The position numbers and the translations under genes were made by a program. This document shows positions 10,400-21,760 of a DNA stretch of 64,000 nt, piece after piece. Source of the stretch: an uncultured Thermoleophilia bacterium (GTDB taxonomy: Bacteria; Actinomycetota; Thermoleophilia; UBA2241); the NCBI GenBank assembly GCA_963702475.1, contig CAVPCT010000003.1:416001-480000 (forward strand), read 5' to 3'. Position 1 is the stretch's first letter. Each line of letters opens with the position of its first letter. Under the pieces are notes generated by a model that was not told where the DNA came from, ran no database searches, and worked only from the letters and a program-made list of their open reading frames with translations.

Positions 10400-10511
10400 G
10401 GGTGCTCCGGTCGCGGTGCGGGGTGGCTGGGTCTCGCAGTGTACACCCGATGATAGCCGTCCGAGGGGACGGCAGACGACGGCCGGCGAGCGCCTCGAGC
10501 GGGTCCGGGAC

Positions 10512-10551
10512 GACGACGGCGCCGGCGGCCGAGGCCGCCGGCGCCGTCGTC
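10512..10551. terminator. 18-bp perfect GC hairpin downstream of rplI
   Basis: gacgacggcgccggcggc-cgag-gccgccggcgccgtcgtc; no U-tract. Confidence 0.5.
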
Positions 10552-10575
10552 TCCGCGATCAGACGGGAGGGACCG

Positions 10576-11022
10576 CTACTCGGCGATGACGATGGTCTTG
10601 ACCGAGGCCACGAAGCCCTCGGCGAGCTCCACGTCGACCATGAAGGTGCCGAGCTCCTTGATGGGCTCCTCGAGCAGCACCTTGCGCTTGTCGACGGTGA
10701 AACCGCGGGCGTCCTTGATGGCGTCGGCGATGTCGGCGGCCGTGATGGAGCCGAACAGGTGACCGCCCTCACCCGCTTTGGCGCCGAGCGTGATGACGGT
10801 GCGGTTGAGCGTTGCCGTGAACTCCTCGGCCTGCACGGCCATGCGGGCCTCGCGCGCCTTGCGCTCTTCCTCGCGCCGGCGGAACTCGGCGATCTTGCCG
10901 GGCGTGGCCGGCTCGACCAGCTTGCGCGGGATCAGGTAGTTGCGGGCGTAGCCCTTGGCGACGTTGGCAAGAGAGCCCTTGTCGCCGAGGTTCTCGACGT
11001 CCTGGAGCAGGATGACCTCCAT
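10576..11022 (-). CDS. rplI: 50S ribosomal protein L9
   Basis: MEVILLQDVENLG...GYARNYLIP and LFGSIT motifs. Confidence 0.98.
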   Translation of the reverse strand: MEVILLQDVENLGDKGSLANVAKGYARNYLIPRKLVEPATPGKIAEFRRREEERKAREARMAVQAEEFTATLNRTVITLGAKAGEGGHLFGSITAADIADAIKDARGFTVDKRKVLLEEPIKELGTFMVDVELAEGFVASVKTIVIAE

Positions 11023-11031
11023 CAGCCCTCC

Positions 11032-11295
11032 TCAGCTGTTGACGTTGGGCAGGAGCGCCATCTCGCGGGCGCGCTTGACCGCCACGGCGACCTGGATCTG
11101 GTGCCGGCGGCAGGTGCCGGTGACGCGGCGCGAACGGATCTTTCCGCGCTCCGACACGGTGCGACGCAGGGCGGCGAGGTCCTTGAAGTCGACCTCGTCG
11201 ATGTTCTCCTGACAGAAGTGACAGTACCGGTGAGAGGCACCGGCGGCGCCGGCCTTGGGCTTCTCGCGCCGGGGCTTGCTTGGTGAAACGGGCAT
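11032..11295 (-). CDS. rpsR: 30S ribosomal protein S18
   Basis: YCHFC...DFKD...[14 protein letters not shown]...[12 protein letters not shown]. Confidence 0.97.
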   Translation of the reverse strand: MPVSPSKPRREKPKAGAAGASHRYCHFCQENIDEVDFKDLAALRRTVSERGKIRSRRVTGTCRRHQIQVAVAVKRAREMALLPNVNS

Positions 11296-11349
11296 GCGTG
11301 GTTTCTCTCCTCGGCGCCCGCGGGCGCCGTGCTCGTGCGACCCTGAGAC

Positions 11350-11820
11350 TCAGAAGGGGATGTCGTCGTCGTCCGCGAAGTCGGACGCCGGCGGGGATCC
11401 CAGGCCGGTGTCGTTGAACGTGGTGCCGCCGGTCTGACGCGCCGGTTGGCGGTTCCAGTCGCCGCCCTGGCCGCCACCGGCATCGCGCGGGCCGATGAAC
11501 TGGACCGAGTTGGCGACGATGCTGACGGCCGATCGCTTCTGGCCGTCCTGGGTCTCCCAGGAGCGCCAGCGCAGTCGCCCTTCGATGGCCACCTGGCGGC
11601 CCTTCGAAAGGTACTGGGCGCAGTTCTCCCCCTGCTGGCCGAAGACGTCGATGTCGAAGTAGTTGGGGCGTTCGCCCCACTCTCCGGTCGAGGGATCCTT
11701 GCTGCGCTCGTTCACGGCGATGCCGAGACGACAGACACTCGTGCCGCCCGGAGTGGCACGCAACTCAGGGTCGCGCGTCAGATTGCCGACGAGGACGACG
11801 ACATTGACTGAACCGGCCAC
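11350..11820 (-). CDS. ssb: Single-stranded DNA-binding protein
   Basis: VNVVVLVGNLTRDPELR at the N-terminus; acidic DDDIPF C-terminus. Confidence 0.98.
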   Translation of the reverse strand: MAGSVNVVVLVGNLTRDPELRATPGGTSVCRLGIAVNERSKDPSTGEWGERPNYFDIDVFGQQGENCAQYLSKGRQVAIEGRLRWRSWETQDGQKRSAVSIVANSVQFIGPRDAGGGQGGDWNRQPARQTGGTTFNDTGLGSPPASDFADDDDIPF

Positions 11821-11847
11821 GGGGTCTCCCTTCGCTGAGAACGACGG

Positions 11848-12135
11848 CTAGGACTTCAGCCGGATGGTCTTGACCCGCAAGACCTCGTCAGTGATGCCCA
11901 GAACGCGCTCGACCTCGGCGAGAGTCTCGGGAGCGGCCGTGAACGTGATGACGGAGTAGACGCCTTCGGTCTCCTTCTTGATCTCGTAGGCCATCTTCTT
12001 CTTGCCCCACTCGTCGATGCCGGCTACTTGGCCTTTGCCCTTCTCGACGGTGGCGCGAAGACGCTCCACGATCTCTTTCTGGCGCTCCTCGTCCGCGTTC
12101 GGGTTCACGATGAGCATGAGCTCATACTTGTTGAT
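11848..12135 (-). CDS. rpsF: 30S ribosomal protein S6 (probable non-canonical ATC start; alternative GTG at 12144)
   Basis: NKYELMLIVNP, DEWGKKKMAYEIKK motifs; first gene of rpsF-ssb-rpsR; GGAGGTG SD lies 6 nt before ATC-AAC-AAG-TAT-GAG. Confidence 0.93.
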   Translation of the reverse strand: MNKYELMLIVNPNADEERQKEIVERLRATVEKGKGQVAGIDEWGKKKMAYEIKKETEGVYSVITFTAAPETLAEVERVLGITDEVLRVKTIRLKS

Positions 12136-12141
12136 CGCGAT

Positions 12142-12192
12142 CACCTCCTGTGGTCTACGCGGCCCCAGCCGGTGTGCTGGAGCAGGGGTGAC
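12142..12192 (-). promoter_or_regulatory. S6:S18 ribosomal protein autoregulatory leader RNA
   Basis: Minus strand reads cacccctgctccagc-acacc-ggctggggccgcgtagaccacaggaggtg: a hairpin, a CCG-containing internal loop and a lower stem pairing with the SD, as in the known rpsF leader. Confidence 0.7.
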
Positions 12193-12400
12193 AAGCTGCC
12201 TCGTGGCAACGTGAAGGGGCACTGTACCAGTCGCTGCAGGTCGCAGGCAAACTGTAGACGCTCGCCGTCCGGGACGCGAGGGTGACGCACGACCGGGACG
12301 GATGACGTTGCCGTGGGGGGCTCCCGTCTCGCCGACCGGGCCTGCGCCCCCGGCGCCGGCGGTCAGGTCTCCCGGGCGGAGTCGGGTCTACGCGTGCACC

Positions 12401-13330
12401 TCAGGTCTCTGCCGCGAGGCGGTGCCGGGCGGCGAGCCCCGTGTCCACCTCGCTGAGGACCAGCTCGCCGCCGGCCAGGCCGCCCACGTCCCACAGGGCG
12501 GCCAGGCGCGGCAGGCCCTTCTGGTCGGAGTGCATGTGCGCGAACACCGGCCGCGCGGCGGCCACGGTGGCGCGGGCCTCCTGCTGCTCCGTCCCGAAGG
12601 CGCGGACGACGGCGTCCACGAGGTGGCTCACGCTGTCGGCGCGTACAGTGGCGAGGCCGCCTACGTGGGGCTCGCTCGCCAGCAGGGTGAAGAACTCCCG
12701 CATCTCGGCGGCATGCATCTCGCCGACCACAAGACGGCCTGGAGTCATGCGCCACGCCTTGGCGAACAAGGCGGGGACGTCGGTGTCGTCGTCCACGCCG
12801 AGACGCACGCAGAAGGAGCGCTCCTTCAGGGAGGGGAGGTCCGGGCCGCGCTCGACGGTGACGAACCGTTCGTCCACCGGCACGAGCTCGAACAGCGAGT
12901 TCAGGAGGGTGGACTTGCCGGTGGCCCTGTCGCCGAAGATCACCAGCGTGCGACGCTCCCCGATCAGGCGCACGAGCGTGGCGGCCTGGCCGGCGGCCAG
13001 GGTGCCGCCGTCCACGAGACCGCGGAAGGTCGTGGAGAGCACGCCGGGCGGGCCGACCTCACCGGCGTACATCACCGAGGTGTGCGAGTACAGGGTCGCA
13101 CGCCGGGAGATGAAGTGGTCGAGGTAGGCGGAGACCTGCGTCTTGAGCAGGCCGCGGAGGATCTCGAGGTGTTCCCGGGCGGAGTCGCCGACGCGCGCTC
13201 GCGCGAGATCGTCGACGGCGTCGTCGATGTCCGTGAGCAGGCGCCCGCGAATCGTGCGGAGCGCATCCTGCGGGGTGTTCGGGCGTTCCGCGGGGCCTTG
13301 CTCGAGGGCTCCTCTGCGCTCGTGAGCCAT
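12401..13330 (-). CDS. Orphan type II/IV secretion-family (CpaF/TadA/VirB11-like) ATPase, short form
   Basis: Walker A GDRATGKSTLL, VTVER Asp-box region, PGRLVVGEM Walker B. Confidence 0.75.
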   Translation of the reverse strand: MAHERRGALEQGPAERPNTPQDALRTIRGRLLTDIDDAVDDLARARVGDSAREHLEILRGLLKTQVSAYLDHFISRRATLYSHTSVMYAGEVGPPGVLSTTFRGLVDGGTLAAGQAATLVRLIGERRTLVIFGDRATGKSTLLNSLFELVPVDERFVTVERGPDLPSLKERSFCVRLGVDDDTDVPALFAKAWRMTPGRLVVGEMHAAEMREFFTLLASEPHVGGLATVRADSVSHLVDAVVRAFGTEQQEARATVAAARPVFAHMHSDQKGLPRLAALWDVGGLAGGELVLSEVDTGLAARHRLAAET

Positions 13331-13491
13331 CGCCGACCCCCGGGTCGACTCCACGCTGCCGTCATCTTCCCTCACGCCGTCCGCTCCTCTCCCGGTCTCC
13401 AGGTCGTTCCCCCCTATCGGCAGGTCCCACGCTCGAGTGGAGCACGTTCCGGCCGGGTGGCCCGGCGGGCCGTCGTCCGTGCGCCCGGCGG

Positions 13492-14271
13492 TTGGCCGTG
13501 GCGGCGCCTGTGGGTACAGTCACCGTAGTGGACAGGTCGACTCGAGACGGCCCGCGCGGCCACCGCTTCGCCGTGGCGATCGTCGGGCTGCTGGCGTTCG
13601 CCAGCGTCGTCTGCGTGGGCCTCTTCCTCTTCCGCTGGGCCTACACGCAGACCATCGCGTACTGGTTCCTCATCTGGAACCTGGCTCTCGCCTGGGTCCC
13701 CTTCGTCTTCGCCGGGCTGGCGTACGCGCTGTCGTCGTCGCGTCGCACCCTCACGTGGGTCCTGGTGGTCTGTGCCGCGCTGGTTTGGCTCCTCTTCTTC
13801 CCCAACGCTCCGTACATCCTCACGGACTTCCTGCACCTGGGGAGCATGGGTGACGCCATGCCCGGCTGGTATGACGTACTGATGCTGTACTGGTACTCGT
13901 GGACGGGCCTGCTTCTGGGGGTCGTCTCGCTCTACCTCATGCAAGAGATCGTGGCCAGGGGGCTGGGCCGCGCCGTGAGCTGGGCGTTCGTGGTCGCGGT
14001 GGCGCTGGCGGGGAGCCTGGGCATTTACGTCGGGCGCTTTCTGCGCTGGAACAGCTGGGACCTGCTGCGGCGGCCGGGGCCTCTGGCAGAGCAACTGGTG
14101 GGCAACGTCACAGACCCGGCGACACAGCCGCGGCTGCTGGGCTTCACCCTGCTGTTCACGGCGCTGTTCCTCTTCATCTACGCGGCCGTGTACATCTTCG
14201 CCAAGCTCGCCAAGCCGCGGCCCGGAGGCCGGCCCGCCGGGGGGCCGCCGGGGCCGAAGGACGGAGCCTGA
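13492..14271 (+). CDS. DUF1361-type integral membrane protein
   Basis: FLIWNLALAWVP, WLLFFPNAPYILTDFLHL and GIYVGRFLRWNSWD motifs. Start uncertain (GTG at 13528 is possible). Confidence 0.85.
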   Translation: MAVAAPVGTVTVVDRSTRDGPRGHRFAVAIVGLLAFASVVCVGLFLFRWAYTQTIAYWFLIWNLALAWVPFVFAGLAYALSSSRRTLTWVLVVCAALVWLLFFPNAPYILTDFLHLGSMGDAMPGWYDVLMLYWYSWTGLLLGVVSLYLMQEIVARGLGRAVSWAFVVAVALAGSLGIYVGRFLRWNSWDLLRRPGPLAEQLVGNVTDPATQPRLLGFTLLFTALFLFIYAAVYIFAKLAKPRPGGRPAGGPPGPKDGA

Positions 14272-14370
14272 GGCGGAGATCGAGCCCAGTCGCCGAGCCC
14301 CGCCACCGGACCGGGAGCCGGATCGCACCGGGCGCCGTTGCAGCGCCGGGAGGGCAAGCCTGCGAACTAC

Positions 14371-14399
14371 TTGCCGCGCGCGAGCCCGGTGGCTACACT
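14371..14399 (+). promoter_or_regulatory. Sigma70-type promoter for a leaderless transcript
   Basis: TTGCCG-N17-TACACT with ATG 7 nt downstream and no SD. Confidence 0.65.
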
Positions 14400-14406
14400 C
14401 GCGCGC

Positions 14407-14592
14407 ATGACCGCCGGCAACATCCCCCGTCTCATCGAGACCCTCAAGGCGCAGGCCGGGGACGAGAAGCGCCTTGCCTGCGCCGACGCCTTCAGGATCG
14501 CGCAGGACCTCGACGTGCCCCTCTCCGAGGTCGGGCACGCCTGCAACGAGCTGGGCATCAAGATGATGCAGTGCCAGCTCGGCTGCTTCTGA
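14407..14592 (+). CDS. Small Cys-rich protein with a CQLGCF C-terminus (probable metal binding)
   Basis: 61 aa: LACADAFRIA...VGHACNELGIKMMQCQLGCF; I recognise this pattern from conserved hypothetical proteins of anaerobes. Confidence 0.75.
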   Translation: MTAGNIPRLIETLKAQAGDEKRLACADAFRIAQDLDVPLSEVGHACNELGIKMMQCQLGCF

Positions 14593-14802
14593 CGTCCGAG
14601 GGCTGAGGCGCCCGCCGTCCGCGCGGACGCGCGGACGGTCCGCGCATCCCTTCGGCGGGGCCATCAAAACACCACGTGTGCAGTGTTTTTCTGGCGGGCC
14701 ACCCGGGAAGAGCATCATCGAGACGAGTCCGCAGGTGACCGGTCAGCGCTGTCTTCGGTCCCTGCTCGAGCGGCCCGAGGAGGCCGCGGTGAGGTGAGAT
14801 CG

Positions 14803-16437
<1,635 letters not shown>

Positions 16438-16551
16438 CCCCGCACGGGCGGGGGCCTGGCCGTTCGGGTCCCCGCCCGTCAGGGTAGTGAGAGAGCGTGC
16501 GCCTGAGCCGCCGTCGAGTCAGGCGGAGACGACGAGGGGGAGGGAGCGAGC

Positions 16552-18075
<1,524 letters not shown>

Positions 18076-18150
18076 GGCCGAGAGGCTCGGACGGGCAAGC
18101 GGCCGGAGGCGCCGGGGCTGGGAGAGCCCGGAGCTCGGCCGGGAGCCACG

Positions 18151-18236
18151 AGGAAAGGAGGTTCGCGACATTGAGTAACTTACGAGGTGCGGCGCGCTAG
18201 ACGCCCCGCATGCGGTGAGCTCTAGCGCGCCGCACC
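18151..18236 (+). other. Strong SD plus 9-codon micro-ORF (18171-18200) embedded in a 16-bp perfect hairpin; candidate leader peptide or small RNA
   Basis: AAAGGAGGT-N8-TTG AGT AAC TTA CGA GGT GCG GCG CGC TAG; arms ggtgcggcgcgctaga (18186-18201) and tctagcgcgccgcacc (18221-18236). Confidence 0.45.
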
Positions 18237-18243
18237 ATAGTCT

Positions 18244-18282
18244 GGGGCGGCGGGCCTTCGGGTCCGCCGCCCCTCTTTCGTT
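18244..18282 (+). terminator. Intrinsic terminator
   Basis: ggggcggcgggcc-TTCG-ggtccgccgcccc followed by tctttcgtt. Confidence 0.8.
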
Positions 18283-18490
18283 CCGGGCGCCGGTCCGGCC
18301 TTCGGCCCGCCGGCGCCCGCCGCGTGGCGCGCAAGCCGGCCCTTCCCGGCCGCGCGCCCAAGCGCTCGTCGCCGGCCCTCCGGCCCTCGGCAGGAGCTGG
18401 ATGGCCGTGGCCCTCCGGCAGTGACCGACCCGGCCGTCGTCCGGAGCGGGCCGTGGCGTCCCGCCGGACGGCTGTGCTAGGATGCCGCCA

Positions 18491-18637
18491 GTCCTACTCC
18501 AAGCCCTCCGCCCTACGGCACTCTGCTATGGGCGCCGGGCCGTACCACGGACAGACCGTGGGGCAGCGCGACTGCGCTGTCGTGGGCCCGCGGCGGAAAC
18601 GCCCGGACCTCCTCGTGCTTGGAAAGGAGCAGAGGAC
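18491..18637 (+). promoter_or_regulatory. Moco-class riboswitch, P3-containing form
   Basis: aCTCCaag...cCTAcgg...TATgg (P2), long P3 (ccacggacag...ctgtcgtgg), GGAAAC loop in P4, CCTCC...GGAAAGGAG 3' end. P1 (gtcct-a-ctcc / ggag...aggac) covers the SD; TAGGAT -10 box at 18478. Confidence 0.75.
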
Positions 18638-18638
18638 G

Positions 18639-19044
18639 ATGACGCAGCTGACGCTGCCCCCGGCCGGGCTTGCGGCTGTACATGCACGGGACTCCCAATC
18701 GCTGCCGGCGACGGCGCCGCCGCAGCGGGCGTTCTTCGGCGACCTGCACGTCCACACCGGCGACTCCGAGGGGCGGGGCACCCCCGCCCGCGCCTACGCC
18801 GCGGCCAGAGTGGCCGGGGCAGACTCCCTCGCCGTCACCGAACACACCGACCTGGTTCGGTCCTGCCCGGTGGTCGGGCCAGCTGTCCGCGGCTGCGACG
18901 TCCGCGGACTTCGTGGCCTTGAGCGGCTACGAGGCGACGCTGAGCTGGGGTCACCTCAACGTGTACGGCACGGAGGCTTGGCCCGGAGACGACCATTTGG
19001 GGCGGCGGACGCCTGGACCGCACCCGTGTGGACCGGGGCCGTGA
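18639..19044 (+). pseudogene. Frameshifted, truncated CehA/McbA-family (PHP-type) metallohydrolase
   Basis: FFGDLHVHTGDSEG...AVTEH in one frame, DFVALSGYEATLSWGHLNVYG in another; the C-terminal half is missing. Confidence 0.7.
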
Positions 19045-19081
19045 ACGCTTCAGCGTCGAGTCCTGATCTCAAGGAGGAGCG

Positions 19082-19630
19082 ATGACCGAGACAGCATCGA
19101 GACTGAGCTGGCGGACGATAGGCCTGCTCGCGGCCGCCGCCGCCGTGGTTCTGGCCGTCAGCCTGTTCGTGGCGCTACGGCCTCCGGACGCGGTCCCCGC
19201 GGAGGGTCCCTACGCCGACCTGGTGCTCAAGGGCAAGCTGACCAAGCGCATCGCGTGGGCGGACCTCCCCGTCACGGTCTCCTGGGACGGCACCAAGGAC
19301 AGCGACATCCCCAAGGACCTGCAGGCCGTCTACAGGGGGCAGACGCTGTACAAGCTCATCGGCCTTGTGGACGACAAGAAGCCGGGGAGCTTCAACGTCG
19401 CTCTGGCCAGGAAGGGCTACAAGATCCGTCTTCTGGCGACCGACGGTTACAGCTGGGACATGGACAGCAAGGCGATCATCGGCAAGAAGACGTGGATCGT
19501 CGCGCGGCTCAAGAACGGCAAGCCGCTGCCGGACGGTGAAGGCCCGTATCGCGACGTCGGCTCGTTCATCAAGCACTTCTACGGTCGCGAGTCGGTCAAG
19601 ATGCTCACACGCATCCAGCTCGTGTTCTGA
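19082..19630 (+). CDS. Exported or membrane-anchored protein with one molybdopterin-binding oxidoreductase-like domain
   Basis: N-terminal hydrophobic segment; YRGQTLYKLIGLVD, LATDGY, IVARLKNGKPLPDGEGPYR, VKMLTRI pattern of the sulfite-oxidase Moco-binding fold; no Cys in the protein; AAGGAGG SD. Confidence 0.7.
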   Translation: MTETASRLSWRTIGLLAAAAAVVLAVSLFVALRPPDAVPAEGPYADLVLKGKLTKRIAWADLPVTVSWDGTKDSDIPKDLQAVYRGQTLYKLIGLVDDKKPGSFNVALARKGYKIRLLATDGYSWDMDSKAIIGKKTWIVARLKNGKPLPDGEGPYRDVGSFIKHFYGRESVKMLTRIQLVF

Positions 19631-19645
19631 CGCAGGCTCCTCCGC

Positions 19646-21760
19646 GTGACCGCCGTCTCACACTCGGTTCTGACGCGTCCCGCACCGATCGGGCGCGCCT
19701 CTCTCGTCGCAACGGGCGGGGTGTTGCTCCTGACGGGACCGCGCGGGAGCGGCAAGACGACCGCCTGCCGCGCGCTGGTCTCGGACACGGTCTCCCGCGC
19801 TGGCGTGGTGGCCGGCATCGTGTGTCCCGCCCGCTTCCGCGACGGCGTCAAGGTCGGCATCGACGCCGTGGACGTGGCGAGCGGTGCGCGCCGGCGGCTC
19901 GCCACGAGGCTCGACGGCGCCGACGCGTATCATGCGGCGGCCGGAGGGGACCTCATCCTCGGCTCCTGGAGCTTCGACCGCGAGGCTCTGGCCTGGGCCG
20001 ACGACGTGCTGGCGGCCTCGTCCCCGGCGTGCGATCTGCTCGTGATCGACGAGCTCGGCCCCCTGGAGCTGCTGCGCGGTGAAGGCCTGACCTCGGCGCT
20101 GGACCTCGTCGACGCGGCCGCGGCCGGCCTCGTCGTGGCGGTCGTGCGGCCTGAGCTCGTGGACGTCGCGCTGGAGCGCTGGCCGCTCGCCCGCACCGTC
20201 ACTCCGGATGCGCTGGCGGCGCAGGTGCGCGCCGCGGGCCTCGACGACTCCGGAGTCGCAGGCCGGCCTCGTCGGGGCGCGCCCGCGGCGCCGGCCGTCG
20301 AGCTCCGCGGCCTCTCGGTCACCTATGCGGGTCGGCCCGCGCTGCGCGACGTGACCCTCGACGTGGCGGCGGGCGAGTTCGTGCTCGTCAGCGGCCCCTC
20401 CGGTTGCGGCAAGAGCACGCTGGCGCGAGTCTTGGCCGGTCTCGTCCCTCACGTGCTGCCCGGCGTCGTCGACGGGGCGGTCAGGGTCGGAGAGGTCGAC
20501 CCGGTCGCCCGCGGTCCGGCGGCGACCGCCCGCCATGTGGGCACGGTGTTCCAGGAGCCGGCTTCCCAGCTCTTCTGTCTCACCGTCGACGAGGAGCTCG
20601 CCTTCGGGCCACGGAACCTCGGCCTCGACGAACGGGAGGTGGCGGAGCGGGTGGACCGGGCCGTGACGGCCTGCTCCCTCGAGGCCGTGCGCTCGCGGGC
20701 GCCGGCGGCGCTCTCGGGGGGCGAGCAGCAGCGGGTGGCGACCGCGGCGGTGCTGACGATGAGGCCGCGTGTGCTCGTGCTCGACGAACCGCTTGCCGGT
20801 CTCGACCTGGGGGGCGTCCGTGCGCTCCTTGCGACGCTGGAGCGCCTCAACCGTGAGGAGGGCGTGACCGTCGTCCTCATCGAGCACAGGCTGGGGGAGG
20901 TCGTGTCGCTGGCGGACCGCGTCGTGCTGCTGGAGCGCGGTCGCGTGGTGGCCGACGGCCGGCCCCGGGAGATCCTCCACGACGAGGAGCTGTCGCGCCG
21001 GCTGGGGTTCCGCCATCCGGCCGTCGAGCCGGCGTCGGAGTGGGAGGATCTCCTGCAGCCGCTGGCCGGTCCCGGCGCCGGCGAGGTCGTGCTTCGCGCC
21101 GAGCATCTCGCGGCGGGCTACGGGAGGCGCCGCGTGCTCCACGACGTCGAGCTCGAGCTGCACGCCGGGGAGCTCGTGGCCCTCGTCGGCGAGAACGGCT
21201 CGGGCAAGAGCACGCTGGCGCGCGTCCTCGCCGGTCTCCGGCGTCCGGCCTCGGGCAGCCTGACGTTCCCCGGCGTGCGGAAGCCGCGGCCGGGCCGTGA
21301 CATCGGGCTCCTGCTGCAGGACCCGGCCGACCAGCTGCTCACGGACGAGGTGGACGCGGAGGTCGCCCTGGGGCCACGCTCCTGGGGGCGCTTCGACGCG
21401 GCGGCGCACGAGGACCTGCTCAGGAGGAGCGACCTCGCCGACCTGCGCGGCTATCCTCCGCTCTCCCTGTCCGCCGGACAGCAGCAACGCACCGTGCTCG
21501 CCGCTTCTCTGGCGTTGAGGCCGCGTGTCCTCATCCTGGACGAGCCGACCCACGGCCAGGACTGGGGACACCTGGAGCATCTCGTGGGCGTCCTCCAGGA
21601 CCTCAAGGCGGGCGGCAGCGCGATCCTGCTCATCACGCACGACTTCAAGCTGGCCCACTTCTGCGCCGACCGGGTGATGGTCCTCCGCGACGGGCGCATC
21701 GCCGCCGAGGGCGCCTTCTCGCGGCGTGGAGCACGTACCGGACGTGGGGCGGAGCCGTGA
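19646..21760 (+). CDS. ECF transporter dual ATPase (A-A') fused to an N-terminal THEP1/DUF2478-like NTPase
   Basis: Three P-loops: TGPRGSGKTT with LLVIDELGPLE; GPSGCGKST with FQEPASQLF, LSGGEQQR, VLDEP; GENGSGKST with LQDPADQL, LSAGQQQR, LDEPTHGQD. Confidence 0.88.
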   Translation: MTAVSHSVLTRPAPIGRASLVATGGVLLLTGPRGSGKTTACRALVSDTVSRAGVVAGIVCPARFRDGVKVGIDAVDVASGARRRLATRLDGADAYHAAAGGDLILGSWSFDREALAWADDVLAASSPACDLLVIDELGPLELLRGEGLTSALDLVDAAAAGLVVAVVRPELVDVALERWPLARTVTPDALAAQVRAAGLDDSGVAGRPRRGAPAAPAVELRGLSVTYAGRPALRDVTLDVAAGEFVLVSGPSGCGKSTLARVLAGLVPHVLPGVVDGAVRVGEVDPVARGPAATARHVGTVFQEPASQLFCLTVDEELAFGPRNLGLDEREVAERVDRAVTACSLEAVRSRAPAALSGGEQQRVATAAVLTMRPRVLVLDEPLAGLDLGGVRALLATLERLNREEGVTVVLIEHRLGEVVSLADRVVLLERGRVVADGRPREILHDEELSRRLGFRHPAVEPASEWEDLLQPLAGPGAGEVVLRAEHLAAGYGRRRVLHDVELELHAGELVALVGENGSGKSTLARVLAGLRRPASGSLTFPGVRKPRPGRDIGLLLQDPADQLLTDEVDAEVALGPRSWGRFDAAAHEDLLRRSDLADLRGYPPLSLSAGQQQRTVLAASLALRPRVLILDEPTHGQDWGHLEHLVGVLQDLKAGGSAILLITHDFKLAHFCADRVMVLRDGRIAAEGAFSRRGARTGRGAEP

